NCBI GenBank assembly: GCA_018394315.1
Contig: CP074575.1
Span: forward strand, 868,001 to 932,000
DNA: 64,000 nt
DNA from: Mycoplasmatota bacterium
Lineage (GTDB): Bacteria; Bacillota_I; Bacilli_A; MAG-NZ
Reading direction: 5' to 3'
A program made the position numbers and the translations under genes. The notes below the pieces were generated by a model. The model was not told the origin of the DNA. It ran no database searches and saw nothing but the letters and a program-made list of their open reading frames with translations. This document shows positions 19,085-28,166 of this stretch, piece after piece. Within the stretch, counting starts at the first letter, position 1; each line of letters opens with the position of its first letter.

Positions 19085-20098
19085 ATGATTAAATTAACTA
19101 AAGTTAATAAGACTTTTAAAGATAAAACGACGCATATCAATGCAGTAGTCAATGTAGATTTAGAAGTAGAAAAAGCTGATATATTTGGTATTGTTGGTTC
19201 AAGTGGAGCAGGAAAATCTACCTTGATACGATTACTGAATAGATTAGAAACACCTGATTCTGGTCAAATTCAAATAAGTGGTGTTAATATTACCAAATTA
19301 ACAAAAGAGGAATTGAGGCATTTTCGAATGCAGACCGGCATGATCTTTCAACATTTTAATTTGCTTTGGTCGAGAACTGTGCTTCAAAATATAATGCTTC
19401 CCTTAGAAATAACTGGGTGTTCTAAAACAGAACAAATAAAAAGAGCTCGGGAATTGTTAAAATTAGTGGACTTAGAGGATAAAGCACATGTATATCCGAG
19501 TGAGTTAAGTGGTGGACAAAAGCAAAGAGTTGGTATCGCAAGAGCGTTAGCAAATAAACCCGAAGTATTACTATGTGATGAAGCAACAAGTGCACTTGAT
19601 CCAAAAACTACGGACAATATATTATCTTTATTAATGAAAATCAATAAAGAACTAGATATTACGATAGTGCTTATAACTCATGAGATGAACGTGATTAGGA
19701 AAATTTGTAATAGAGTTGCGGTAATGAATAATGGCGAGGTAATTGAGCAAGGTGATGTTCAAGAAATCTTTAATTATCCTAAACATGAAATAACTAAAGA
19801 GTTTGTTGCTAAGGAATTAGTAAGTGAAACATATGGAACAAAATTTAAAAAAGACCACTCTAAAAAACTAATTAAGCTTGTTTTCACTAATGATTCAACA
19901 CGTATACCCCTCTTAAGAAACTTAGTTGTTAACTACGGTTTGAATCCGAATATTATAGAAGCTAAAGTTAGAAGTGTTCAAGAAAGTCAAATTGGATTTT
20001 TAATAGTTGAGATTGACTCTAGTTTTAATTTAACAGAGGTTAGGGATTATCTAAAACTACAAAATGTAAAACTAGAGGTGCTTAATGATGCTAGATAA
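19085..20098 (+). CDS. metN: Methionine ABC transporter ATP-binding protein
   Basis: GSSGAGKST, MIFQHFNLL, LSGGQKQRV, CDEATSALDP, C-terminal NIL-like domain. Confidence 0.95.
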   Translation: MIKLTKVNKTFKDKTTHINAVVNVDLEVEKADIFGIVGSSGAGKSTLIRLLNRLETPDSGQIQISGVNITKLTKEELRHFRMQTGMIFQHFNLLWSRTVLQNIMLPLEITGCSKTEQIKRARELLKLVDLEDKAHVYPSELSGGQKQRVGIARALANKPEVLLCDEATSALDPKTTDNILSLLMKINKELDITIVLITHEMNVIRKICNRVAVMNNGEVIEQGDVQEIFNYPKHEITKEFVAKELVSETYGTKFKKDHSKKLIKLVFTNDSTRIPLLRNLVVNYGLNPNIIEAKVRSVQESQIGFLIVEIDSSFNLTEVRDYLKLQNVKLEVLNDAR

Positions 20099-20747
20099 TA
20101 TTGTTTGGGATAGAATGTTGAATTCGGTGAATGAAACATTATATATGAGCTTTTTCTCAGTGATTGTGATATTTATACTTGGTTTAACAGTGGGCTTATC
20201 TCTTTATTTGACAGATGAAGATAGGTTAATTGAGAATAAAGGAATTTATAGGTTATTGTCTATAACTGTTGATTTGTTAAGATCAATTCCTTTTATTATC
20301 CTACTTATTTTATTAGTTCCATTTACAAAACTAATTATGGGTACAATGCTTGGAAAAACTGCAGCGTTACCCGCCTTAATAATTGGAGGTACACCATTCT
20401 ATGCTAGAATGGTTGAAATCTCCTTAAGAGAAGTAGATAAAGGTACTATTGAAGCATCTCAATCTATGGGAGCTTCACTAATTCAAATAATAAGAAAAGT
20501 ATTAATTAAAGAATCTTTACCTGGTATTATATCAGGAATAACTGTAACAGCAATTTCAATTGTAAGTTATAGTGCAATGGCAGGGGTAATTGGTGCTGGA
20601 GGGCTAGGAAATTATGCTTATCTATATGGTTTTCAAAGAAACAACCAACAAGTAGTAGTAGTCTCAACAGTATTTATATTGTTAATAGTACTTGTCATTC
20701 AAAAAGTAGGAAACTACTATACACAAAAAATAGATCATCGAAAATAG
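20085..20747 (+). CDS. metI: Methionine ABC transporter permease
   Basis: RSIPFIILL, EVDKGTIEA..MGA, SAMAGVIGAGGLG. Confidence 0.95.
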   Translation: MMLDNIVWDRMLNSVNETLYMSFFSVIVIFILGLTVGLSLYLTDEDRLIENKGIYRLLSITVDLLRSIPFIILLILLVPFTKLIMGTMLGKTAALPALIIGGTPFYARMVEISLREVDKGTIEASQSMGASLIQIIRKVLIKESLPGIISGITVTAISIVSYSAMAGVIGAGGLGNYAYLYGFQRNNQQVVVVSTVFILLIVLVIQKVGNYYTQKIDHRK

Positions 20748-20751
20748 GAGA

Positions 20752-21558
20752 ATGAGACAAATGAGAAAATTATTTATTGTATTAGTACTAACTATAGGGT
20801 TATTTGGTTGTGCAAATTCAAAGAGTCAAACTTTGAAAATAGCTGCAACAAGTGTCCCACATGCTGAAATATTAGAAGTAGCAAAACCAATACTAAAATC
20901 TGAGTATAATATTGATTTAGATATTGTTGTAGTACAGGATTATGTAACACCAAATAAGTTTTTAGCTAGTGGTGATGTCGATGCGAATTTCTTTCAACAT
21001 ATACCTTATTTTGAATCACAAATATCTGACTTTGGATATGATTTTACGAATGTAGGTGAAATTCATATCGAACCGATAGGAGTATATTCAAAAGAATATG
21101 ATAATATTTCTGACTTACCAGATGGAGCTACAATAATTTTTAGTAGTTCAGTAGCTGATCATGGTAGGATATTATCTTTATTAGAAGTTGCTGGGTTAAT
21201 TGAGATTGATCCAACTGTTATTAAGATTAATGCTGAAGTTAAAGATATTGTAAGTAATACAAAGAACTTTATTTTTAAAAGTGATATAGAAGCAAGTTTA
21301 CTTCCTACTGCTTTTAATAATTCAGAAGGAGATGCTGTAATCATTAATACTAATTATGCCTTACAAGCAGGTTTAAATCCTTTACAAGATGCAATTTTAA
21401 TTGAGAATGAGAAGTCACTGTATGTAAATATAATTGCAGTAACAACAGAAAATAAGGACGACGAGAATATATTAAATTTAGTAAAAGTACTACAAAGTGA
21501 AACAATTAAAGATTATATAATTAATAACTATGAGGGTGCTGTTGTTCCTGTAGATTAG
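20752..21558 (+). CDS. metQ: Methionine ABC transporter substrate-binding lipoprotein (MetQ/NlpA)
   Basis: Lipobox LFGC, PHAEIL, DANFFQHIPY, INTNYA. Confidence 0.95.
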   Translation: MRQMRKLFIVLVLTIGLFGCANSKSQTLKIAATSVPHAEILEVAKPILKSEYNIDLDIVVVQDYVTPNKFLASGDVDANFFQHIPYFESQISDFGYDFTNVGEIHIEPIGVYSKEYDNISDLPDGATIIFSSSVADHGRILSLLEVAGLIEIDPTVIKINAEVKDIVSNTKNFIFKSDIEASLLPTAFNNSEGDAVIINTNYALQAGLNPLQDAILIENEKSLYVNIIAVTTENKDDENILNLVKVLQSETIKDYIINNYEGAVVPVD

Positions 21559-21680
21559 TTTTTAATTGTCATAATAATGCCTCATATCCTTATCTAATTA
21601 AAACTATGCTATTTATAGAAAGTAATGTATAATATATAGGTAATAATATAAATTATTATCTAATGGAGGTGAGGCGGATT

Positions 21681-22547
21681 ATGAGTAACGCTATAAGCAT
21701 TAATGGATTAACTAAACAATATGGAAAGAAAGTTGTATTGGATAATCTTTCTTTCTCAGTTGAGAAAGGAGAGATATTTGGATTATTAGGAGCAAATGGT
21801 GCAGGGAAGACTACGACACTTGAATGTATTGAAGGTTTGAGAAAATATGATGTTGGTAAGATAGACGTTTTTGGATCTGTGGGTGTACAATTACAATCAT
21901 CCACATTACCCGAAAACATCACTGCATGGGAGGCATTTAAATTATTCTGTCTTTGGAATAATATAGAGGAAGATGATTCGCTATTTAATAGATTTTTTTC
22001 TCTAGATTTAAAAGGTAAACAGTACGGTAAAATGTCTACAGGGCAAAAAAGAAGACTTCATTTGATTTTGGCTTTAATTACTGATCCAGAAATAATTTTT
22101 TTAGATGAGCCGACTGCAGGTCTAGATGTTGAAGGAAGAGTTTCTTTACACAGTGAACTTTTAAAATTAAAGAAACAAGGTAAAACAATTGTAATAGCAA
22201 GTCATGATATGGCCGAGATAGAGAGTTTATGTGACCATATAGTTATTCTTAAATCTTCTAAGATAGTTTTTGATGGGACACCTAGTGAGTTAACGAGTAA
22301 TTTTTTAAATGATATTAATATTTATATAAAAGCAGAGGAACAAATTTCTGATTTTTCTATAAAGAAGAGTAAATACCAGGGATTTTCTAAAAACTATCAT
22401 GTTTTCAAGACAACAACACTGGATGACGCCCTGCTAGAAATTCTAAAAATATTTAAAGAGAAGAAAAATAAGATTGCTGATATAAGAATAGAACACGAAA
22501 CACTTGAAAAGCGTTTCATTGAAATTGCATCTCAGGAGGAGAATTAA
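21681..22547 (+). CDS. ABC exporter ATP-binding protein
   Basis: GANGAGKTT, MSTGQKRR, FLDEPT. Confidence 0.92.
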   Translation: MSNAISINGLTKQYGKKVVLDNLSFSVEKGEIFGLLGANGAGKTTTLECIEGLRKYDVGKIDVFGSVGVQLQSSTLPENITAWEAFKLFCLWNNIEEDDSLFNRFFSLDLKGKQYGKMSTGQKRRLHLILALITDPEIIFLDEPTAGLDVEGRVSLHSELLKLKKQGKTIVIASHDMAEIESLCDHIVILKSSKIVFDGTPSELTSNFLNDINIYIKAEEQISDFSIKKSKYQGFSKNYHVFKTTTLDDALLEILKIFKEKKNKIADIRIEHETLEKRFIEIASQEEN

Positions 22548-23266
22548 TGAAGCCATTTTTATATAATATACTTATTCAGTGGAAACTAGATCTAAGAAAT
22601 AAAAATATATTGCTTACTTATTATGTGATCCCATTAGTTTTCTATGGATTTATGGGAGCAATATTCACGAACATAAATCCTGCATCAAAAGAAACATTAA
22701 TTCAGTCAATGATAGTGTTTAATGTATCGATGGGAGCATTTTTAGGAATGCCTGCGCAACTTGTTGATCTGTACTCAAGCGATATAAAGAAGGCATATCG
22801 AGTTGGAGGGATCCCTATTTGGAGTAATGCAGTGATAACGTTTATATCAGCGATGATTCACTTACTTATTACTAGTCTTATAATCTACTCAACAAGTCAT
22901 ATTCTATTTGATAGTACAATACCAGTGAATACATTCATATTCTTTATAGCTTTAATGTTATTTATCGCTACATCTTTAGGTGTGGGGACTATACTAGGAT
23001 TATTCGCAAAGGATCCATCAAAAATAGCTGTTTTTTCTCAAATAATATTTTTACCATCAATCATGTTATCAGGAATTATGTTTCCAGCTAGTTTGCTTCC
23101 AAATGCATTTGAAAAAATTGGATATATCTATCCAGCTACGTGGGGATTTAAGAATATGGTAAGTAGTGAATTTTTATTAGGTTGGATTAGTCCATTGATT
23201 GTTGTTTTTAGCATTACAATATTAGTTAATACACTAAGATTAATTAAGTTAAAGAATATTGATTAA
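22547..23266 (+). CDS. ABC-2 type permease
   Basis: About 6 TM segments, LSGIMFPASLLP; coupled by TAATG overlap. Confidence 0.9.
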   Translation: MKPFLYNILIQWKLDLRNKNILLTYYVIPLVFYGFMGAIFTNINPASKETLIQSMIVFNVSMGAFLGMPAQLVDLYSSDIKKAYRVGGIPIWSNAVITFISAMIHLLITSLIIYSTSHILFDSTIPVNTFIFFIALMLFIATSLGVGTILGLFAKDPSKIAVFSQIIFLPSIMLSGIMFPASLLPNAFEKIGYIYPATWGFKNMVSSEFLLGWISPLIVVFSITILVNTLRLIKLKNID

Positions 23267-23329
23267 ATATAGAAATTAGTATCATACTTGTAACTAGACG
23301 GTACTAAATATTACTATTTTGGGGGAAGT

Positions 23330-23944
23330 ATGAAAAAAGCACTATTAATATGGGGAGGTTGGGAAGGTCATCAACCAAATGTTATTGCAGAGAAATTGGG
23401 ACAAGAGTTAAATGAAAAAGGTTACAATGTGAATATTACAAGTAATTTTGGTGTCTTGCTAAGTGAGGAACTCATAAATTATGATGTAATAGTCCCCATC
23501 TGGTCATGTGGAATAAAAGGTGATATTTATTTAAACCAACTTTTAAAGGCAGTAGAAGGAGGAGTTGGCTTAGCTACATTTCACGGTGGGATTAATTGGT
23601 TTGAACAAGAAAAGTACTATGAAATGATTGGTGCCTTTTATCTTTATGATACTAAACCTGAGAAATATAACGTCACAATAACAGATAAACTGCATCCAAT
23701 TACTAAAAAAATATACGATTTTGAAATAACAAGTGAAAAGTATTTTATACAAGTAGATCTACAAAACAATATTTTAGCTAGTGCTGATTTTTCTGGAGTG
23801 AAAATCCCTATTGCATGGAGTAGGAAATATGGTAAGGGACGAGTTTTTTATACTACAATAGCACATTCTCCTAATGAATTGTTTAGTGAACCATGTAAAT
23901 CAATGATCTTAAATGGAATAGATTGGTGTTCAAGAAAAATATAA
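23330..23944 (+). CDS. ThuA-like (class I glutamine amidotransferase fold) protein
   Basis: KKALLIWGGWEGHQP, GVGLATFHG, HPIT, YGKGRVFYTTIAH. Confidence 0.85.
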   Translation: MKKALLIWGGWEGHQPNVIAEKLGQELNEKGYNVNITSNFGVLLSEELINYDVIVPIWSCGIKGDIYLNQLLKAVEGGVGLATFHGGINWFEQEKYYEMIGAFYLYDTKPEKYNVTITDKLHPITKKIYDFEITSEKYFIQVDLQNNILASADFSGVKIPIAWSRKYGKGRVFYTTIAHSPNELFSEPCKSMILNGIDWCSRKI

Positions 23945-24036
23945 GTATTGGAAATGGGCACTAAACAAAATTAGCATTAGTCACAAGTATAACTATTTTA
24001 TAAGTAAATTATTTTTGAAAGGAATAAGGTGGGACA

Positions 24037-24672
24037 TTGTACGAAAAAGAATTATTTAATATGTGGGCAGACAATTATGATAATGATGTAAAACTATATG
24101 AAGAATCCTCTAGTTATCCATTTGCAGGATATAAAAGTAACTTGAACAGGATATTTAATTTAGTTATGAAAAAAAAATATAGTAGAGTTTTAGATATAGG
24201 ATTTGGTACTGCAGTATTAACTTCCAAGTTATATGAAAATAATCACGATATAACAGGTATTGATTTTTCCGAAAGAATGCTTGAAATCGGACAAAAGAAG
24301 ATGCCTAGTGCTTCTTTATATTTATCTGATTTTAGAAAGGGAATAACAAATAAAATCAAATCAAGATTTGATTTTGTCTTATTAACTTATTCTATTCACC
24401 ATCTATCATTTACCGAAAAAGTGAAACTATTAAGAGAATTGAAGAACTACCTGAATGAAGATGGATTAATAATAATAGGCGATGTATTATTTGAAACATC
24501 TAGTGACCTAAGTAAGAGTAAAGAAAAGCATAGTAGAATTTGGGATGATGAAGAATTCTACATAGTTATCGAAGAATTAACAGAAGAAATTTCGAATGAT
24601 TATCAAGTATCATATCATATTGAAACTCATTGTTCAGGAGTTGTGATATTAAGAAGATTAGCTCAGACCTAA
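24037..24672 (+). CDS. Class I SAM-dependent methyltransferase
   Basis: FNMWADNYD, VLDIGFGTA, GIDFSERML, YSIHHL; TTG start. Confidence 0.9.
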   Translation: MYEKELFNMWADNYDNDVKLYEESSSYPFAGYKSNLNRIFNLVMKKKYSRVLDIGFGTAVLTSKLYENNHDITGIDFSERMLEIGQKKMPSASLYLSDFRKGITNKIKSRFDFVLLTYSIHHLSFTEKVKLLRELKNYLNEDGLIIIGDVLFETSSDLSKSKEKHSRIWDDEEFYIVIEELTEEISNDYQVSYHIETHCSGVVILRRLAQT

Positions 24673-24758
24673 AAATTAGTATGACTATAGTTTGTAAGAT
24701 TAAATTTAGTCCAGTATGATATTATATTTACAGAGATTATAAAACTAGGGAGGATATT

Positions 24759-25619
24759 ATGATTAAGACTAATAAAGAATTAATCGTTATGCAAGCAGTA
24801 CAAGGACAAGTTAGCCATCCAAAAGTAAGACAACGAGTTACTGCGGAAGGTAAAACAATTACAGTGCCTAACGTTGGTGGAATTACTTATGGGGTTCATG
24901 TTGGTGATGATGCCTTTGGGTTAATGGTGGATCATTTAGAGCCAGCTGTATCTATGAAGAATACGGATAAAGTTGATAACGTAGGACTTATGACATTAGC
25001 TTGTCCGGGTAATTATGCTAGAGTTATTAGTGGCGAAGCAAAGGGTGATGTTGGATATGTGTTAGGTACACATGGAGGAATTGATCATACTATAGTTGAG
25101 TTTGCAGAAGAGACTTTAGAAAAAATGGTTATCGGAGATAAGATTTTAGTTAAAGGTCATGGTAAAGGACTAGTATTACATGATTACCCAAATGTTGATG
25201 TTATTTCAATTGACCCAGAATTATTAGAAAAAATTGATATAGAGGAAGAAAATGGAAAAGTTGTATTTCCGGTTGTAGCTAAAATACCAGGAGCAGTAAT
25301 GGGTTCTGGTGTTGGAAGTGGTACTAGCCATAGTGGTGACTATGACATTATCACTCATGATAGAGCGTTAATGAATGAACTAGGAATTGATAAGCTTAAG
25401 TTTGGTGATTTTGTATTATTAGAAGATAGTGATAATACTTATGGTTTAGGTGGATACTTCCGTGGGGCTTCTACAATCGGTATAATTGTTCATAGTGATT
25501 GTTTAATTACAGGTCACGGGCCAGGAGTAACAGTTGTTATGACTAGTAAAAAAGGTGATATAGTTGGCAAAATTGATCCAACTGCAAATATTGGGAAATA
25601 CATAAAAGAATCTAAATAA
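24759..25619 (+). CDS. DUF4438-like protein of unknown function
   Basis: KTNKE, GGITY, DHLEPAVS, GSGVG, DYDI, HSDC..GHGPGVT motifs. Confidence 0.8.
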   Translation: MIKTNKELIVMQAVQGQVSHPKVRQRVTAEGKTITVPNVGGITYGVHVGDDAFGLMVDHLEPAVSMKNTDKVDNVGLMTLACPGNYARVISGEAKGDVGYVLGTHGGIDHTIVEFAEETLEKMVIGDKILVKGHGKGLVLHDYPNVDVISIDPELLEKIDIEEENGKVVFPVVAKIPGAVMGSGVGSGTSHSGDYDIITHDRALMNELGIDKLKFGDFVLLEDSDNTYGLGGYFRGASTIGIIVHSDCLITGHGPGVTVVMTSKKGDIVGKIDPTANIGKYIKESK

Positions 25620-25626
25620 TGTAATG

Positions 25627-25662
25627 CACCCCAAAATCCGGAAACGGATCAGGGGTGTTTTT
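25627..25662. terminator. Intrinsic terminator between convergent genes
   Basis: CACCCC..ATCCG-GAAA-CGGAT..GGGGTG followed by TTTTT. Confidence 0.75.
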
Positions 25663-25751
25663 AAATGGCAAAATATAGTGTACATAAGTGAGTTAAAAAT
25701 ATGAGACATGTTGATTAATACCTTTTTTAATTAAGAAAGAATATTGCTGAT

Positions 25752-26651
25752 TTATACTAATATTTCCGAAATCTTCATCTTAAATTCTTTCTCAAAATCA
25801 TCTTTAAAGTGGTTGAATTTATTGTCGTTATTCTCAAGAAATAATGCATAAAAAGACTTTTTAGCTAAAGAAATCGCTTCACTCTTTTTACCAGATAATA
25901 ACTCGGCTAATGCTGCATAGTAATATAAATTACTTAAAGATTTCAATGTTTTATGTTCTAAACAGTAATCTATACCAAGCAACGATATTTCTAAAGACTT
26001 GCTATATTCTCCCGAATACCCCAACAGATGAGAAGTATTTGCATATAAACTAGCTACAATACTAGCTTCATTATGGATATCTTTATTTATATCAATAAGT
26101 TTGTTATACATCTTTATTGTTGATGCCCTAATCCCTTCTTCTGAATCAATCATTGCAACATGCATCATGACATTGAGTTCAACTAAATTTAATGATTGTT
26201 TTTTTATACAATTTTTATAATCAATAAGTTTCATTAATTCTGCTTTAGCAGAACTTCTAGTAATTATATTCAATCTATACTTCGAGACGATTCTTAAATA
26301 GGTTATTAGTTCAACATTTAAATCTGATAATAATGCATTAGGATTTATATCATTGATTATTTTGTAAACGTCACTATACCTGTACTGACTTAATAATCTA
26401 AAACAATTCATTAAATTAGATCTTTCATGATTATGTAAAATATCGTATTTTTGAAATAGGTCAACCACGTCAATTTTAAGTCTCTCTGCAAACATAATTA
26501 ATTTATCATTTGGAATGTAATATTCGCCAGATAAATATCTCTTATATTGTCTAAATGAGCATATACCTTCTATAAATATTTCCTTTGATATTTTTCTTCC
26601 TTTTCTTTCTTCGTCGATAAATATTCCAAATCTTTTCTTAAAATACTGCAA
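25752..26651 (-). CDS. XRE-HTH + TPR transcriptional regulator (RRNPP/Rgg/PlcR-like)
   Basis: N-terminal FGIFIDEERKGRKISKEIFIEGICSFRQYKRYLSG HTH; helical C-terminus with TPR-like units (LYANTSHLLG..EYSKSL..GIDYC..LSNLYYYAA..AISLAKKS). TTG 26651 is the likely start; ORF track starts at 26681. Confidence 0.82.
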   Translation of the reverse strand: MQYFKKRFGIFIDEERKGRKISKEIFIEGICSFRQYKRYLSGEYYIPNDKLIMFAERLKIDVVDLFQKYDILHNHERSNLMNCFRLLSQYRYSDVYKIINDINPNALLSDLNVELITYLRIVSKYRLNIITRSSAKAELMKLIDYKNCIKKQSLNLVELNVMMHVAMIDSEEGIRASTIKMYNKLIDINKDIHNEASIVASLYANTSHLLGYSGEYSKSLEISLLGIDYCLEHKTLKSLSNLYYYAALAELLSGKKSEAISLAKKSFYALFLENNDNKFNHFKDDFEKEFKMKISEILV

Positions 26652-26674
26652 ATTAACACCCACTTCCACAAAAA

Positions 26675-26689
26675 GTGACAAAAATGTCC
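26675..26689. promoter_or_regulatory. Candidate operator GTGACA-N4-TGTCC between regulator and peptide genes
   Basis: Imperfect palindrome in the short divergent intergenic gap. The same 11 fixed bases recur at 6988-7002. Confidence 0.4.
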
Positions 26690-26737
26690 TGTTATTTCTT
26701 ATTATATCATTATAAAATACATAAAGGAGATGATTTT

Positions 26738-26854
26738 ATGAAAAAAAATGTCATTCTATTACTACTAGCATTATTTGTTTTTACAGGTGGCTTTGATATC
26801 GGAACTATACAGCCTCTAGGGTTTGGTGACATACCACATGAAGAGATATACTAG
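26738..26854 (+). CDS. 38-aa secreted pre-peptide, candidate quorum-sensing pheromone precursor
   Basis: SD AAAGGAG; MKKNVILLLLALFVFTGGFDIGTIQPLGFGDIPHEEIY* has a basic N-terminus, hydrophobic core and short polar tail; divergent from the RRNPP-like regulator. Confidence 0.8.
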   Translation: MKKNVILLLLALFVFTGGFDIGTIQPLGFGDIPHEEIY

Positions 26855-27137
26855 TCATCAATTTAAGATTAACTGCTAAATCTTAGCATAAATAATTGAA
26901 CCGAAATTATTGATCGTATGTCTACTAACATGGCATAGGTATATCTGATTTGTATGAAAAGGTAAGAACTTTATTCCTCGTATTCTTTGGGAATTATAGT
27001 TCTCTTTTTCAAACAGATTAGTAAAATCTTCGACTAAAGTTTCAAAATTAAACTTATAAACTTAATAGTAATTATATAACAAAGTATTTAGGTGTCAAAT
27101 TACATGCCATATTTATTTTGAACAGGAGGTTATAACA

Positions 27138-27923
27138 ATGATATTTAATGAAAAATTTTGGGAAAAAGATAATAGCCAGTTAACTGATGGATTACTTCAA
27201 AACGAATTATTAGATGAAGAAAAATCTAGTAAACCTATTATTTTAAGTGGTTTTCCTAATTATAAAATAATTTCTAAAAAAGACAAAGTCAAAAACCCAG
27301 AATTCTTTAAAGACCTGATAAGTGCACTCTCTAAATTAAAGATAATAAGAGGTGAAGATAGTCATACACAGAAAGAAATATTAAAATCATTGATAACTGG
27401 GTTAGAGTTCCATGATAAATATACTAGTGGACATTCTGATGCGGTATCTGTTATTTCACTTAAGATTGGAAAATCGATGGGCTTAACTGATTCAAAAATA
27501 AATGATTTGCATCTAGCCGCTTTAGTACATGATATTGGAAAAATTATCATTCCAACTGATATCTTAAATAAGACTACTAAGTTAACAGAGGAAGAGTTCT
27601 CACTAATTAAAAGTCACTGTAAAGCAGGATTTGATATATTAACAAGAACAACTTCGCTTAATGATATAGCGAATTACGTACTTCATCATCATGAAAGATG
27701 GGATGGTAAAGGTTATCCTAATAGGATAAAAGGAAAACAAATACCTATAATTTCACAGATTATTGCAGTTGCAGATGCCTGGAGTGCAATGACGTCGGAT
27801 AGACCTTATAGGGGAAAACTTGATAAATGTGTTGCGCTAGAAGAACTTCTCCAAAACAGAGGGACGCAATTTTCTCCAGAAGTTGTGGATGCATACACTA
27901 GAGTCCTTAGTATTAAAAGCTAA
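27138..27923 (+). CDS. HD-GYP domain phosphodiesterase (c-di-GMP)
   Basis: HDKYTSGHS, HDIGK, HHERWDGKGYP, VADAWSAMTSDRPYR and GTQF all intact. Confidence 0.92.
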   Translation: MIFNEKFWEKDNSQLTDGLLQNELLDEEKSSKPIILSGFPNYKIISKKDKVKNPEFFKDLISALSKLKIIRGEDSHTQKEILKSLITGLEFHDKYTSGHSDAVSVISLKIGKSMGLTDSKINDLHLAALVHDIGKIIIPTDILNKTTKLTEEEFSLIKSHCKAGFDILTRTTSLNDIANYVLHHHERWDGKGYPNRIKGKQIPIISQIIAVADAWSAMTSDRPYRGKLDKCVALEELLQNRGTQFSPEVVDAYTRVLSIKS

Positions 27924-27949
27924 AATTTCAATAAAATTATGATATGTCT

Positions 27950-27983
27950 GAAATACCCTAGAATTGAGGGGTATTTCTTTTTT
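27950..27983 (+). terminator. Intrinsic terminator
   Basis: GAAATACCC...GGGTATTTC followed by a T-run. Confidence 0.7.
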
Positions 27984-28166
27984 AATTGGTACATGTATAT
28001 TTTACTATTGAAATAGGAGTTTATTTTGTGGAAAAAATCTAATATATGTTTAGTTATTTATATAAATATTTTCTATGTCATTCTAGAAGTCTTAATTTTC
28101 TACAAGAAGAAACAAATTTAATTGTTAAAATACAATAAGTTTAGAAATAGAAAGTATGGAGAGATT

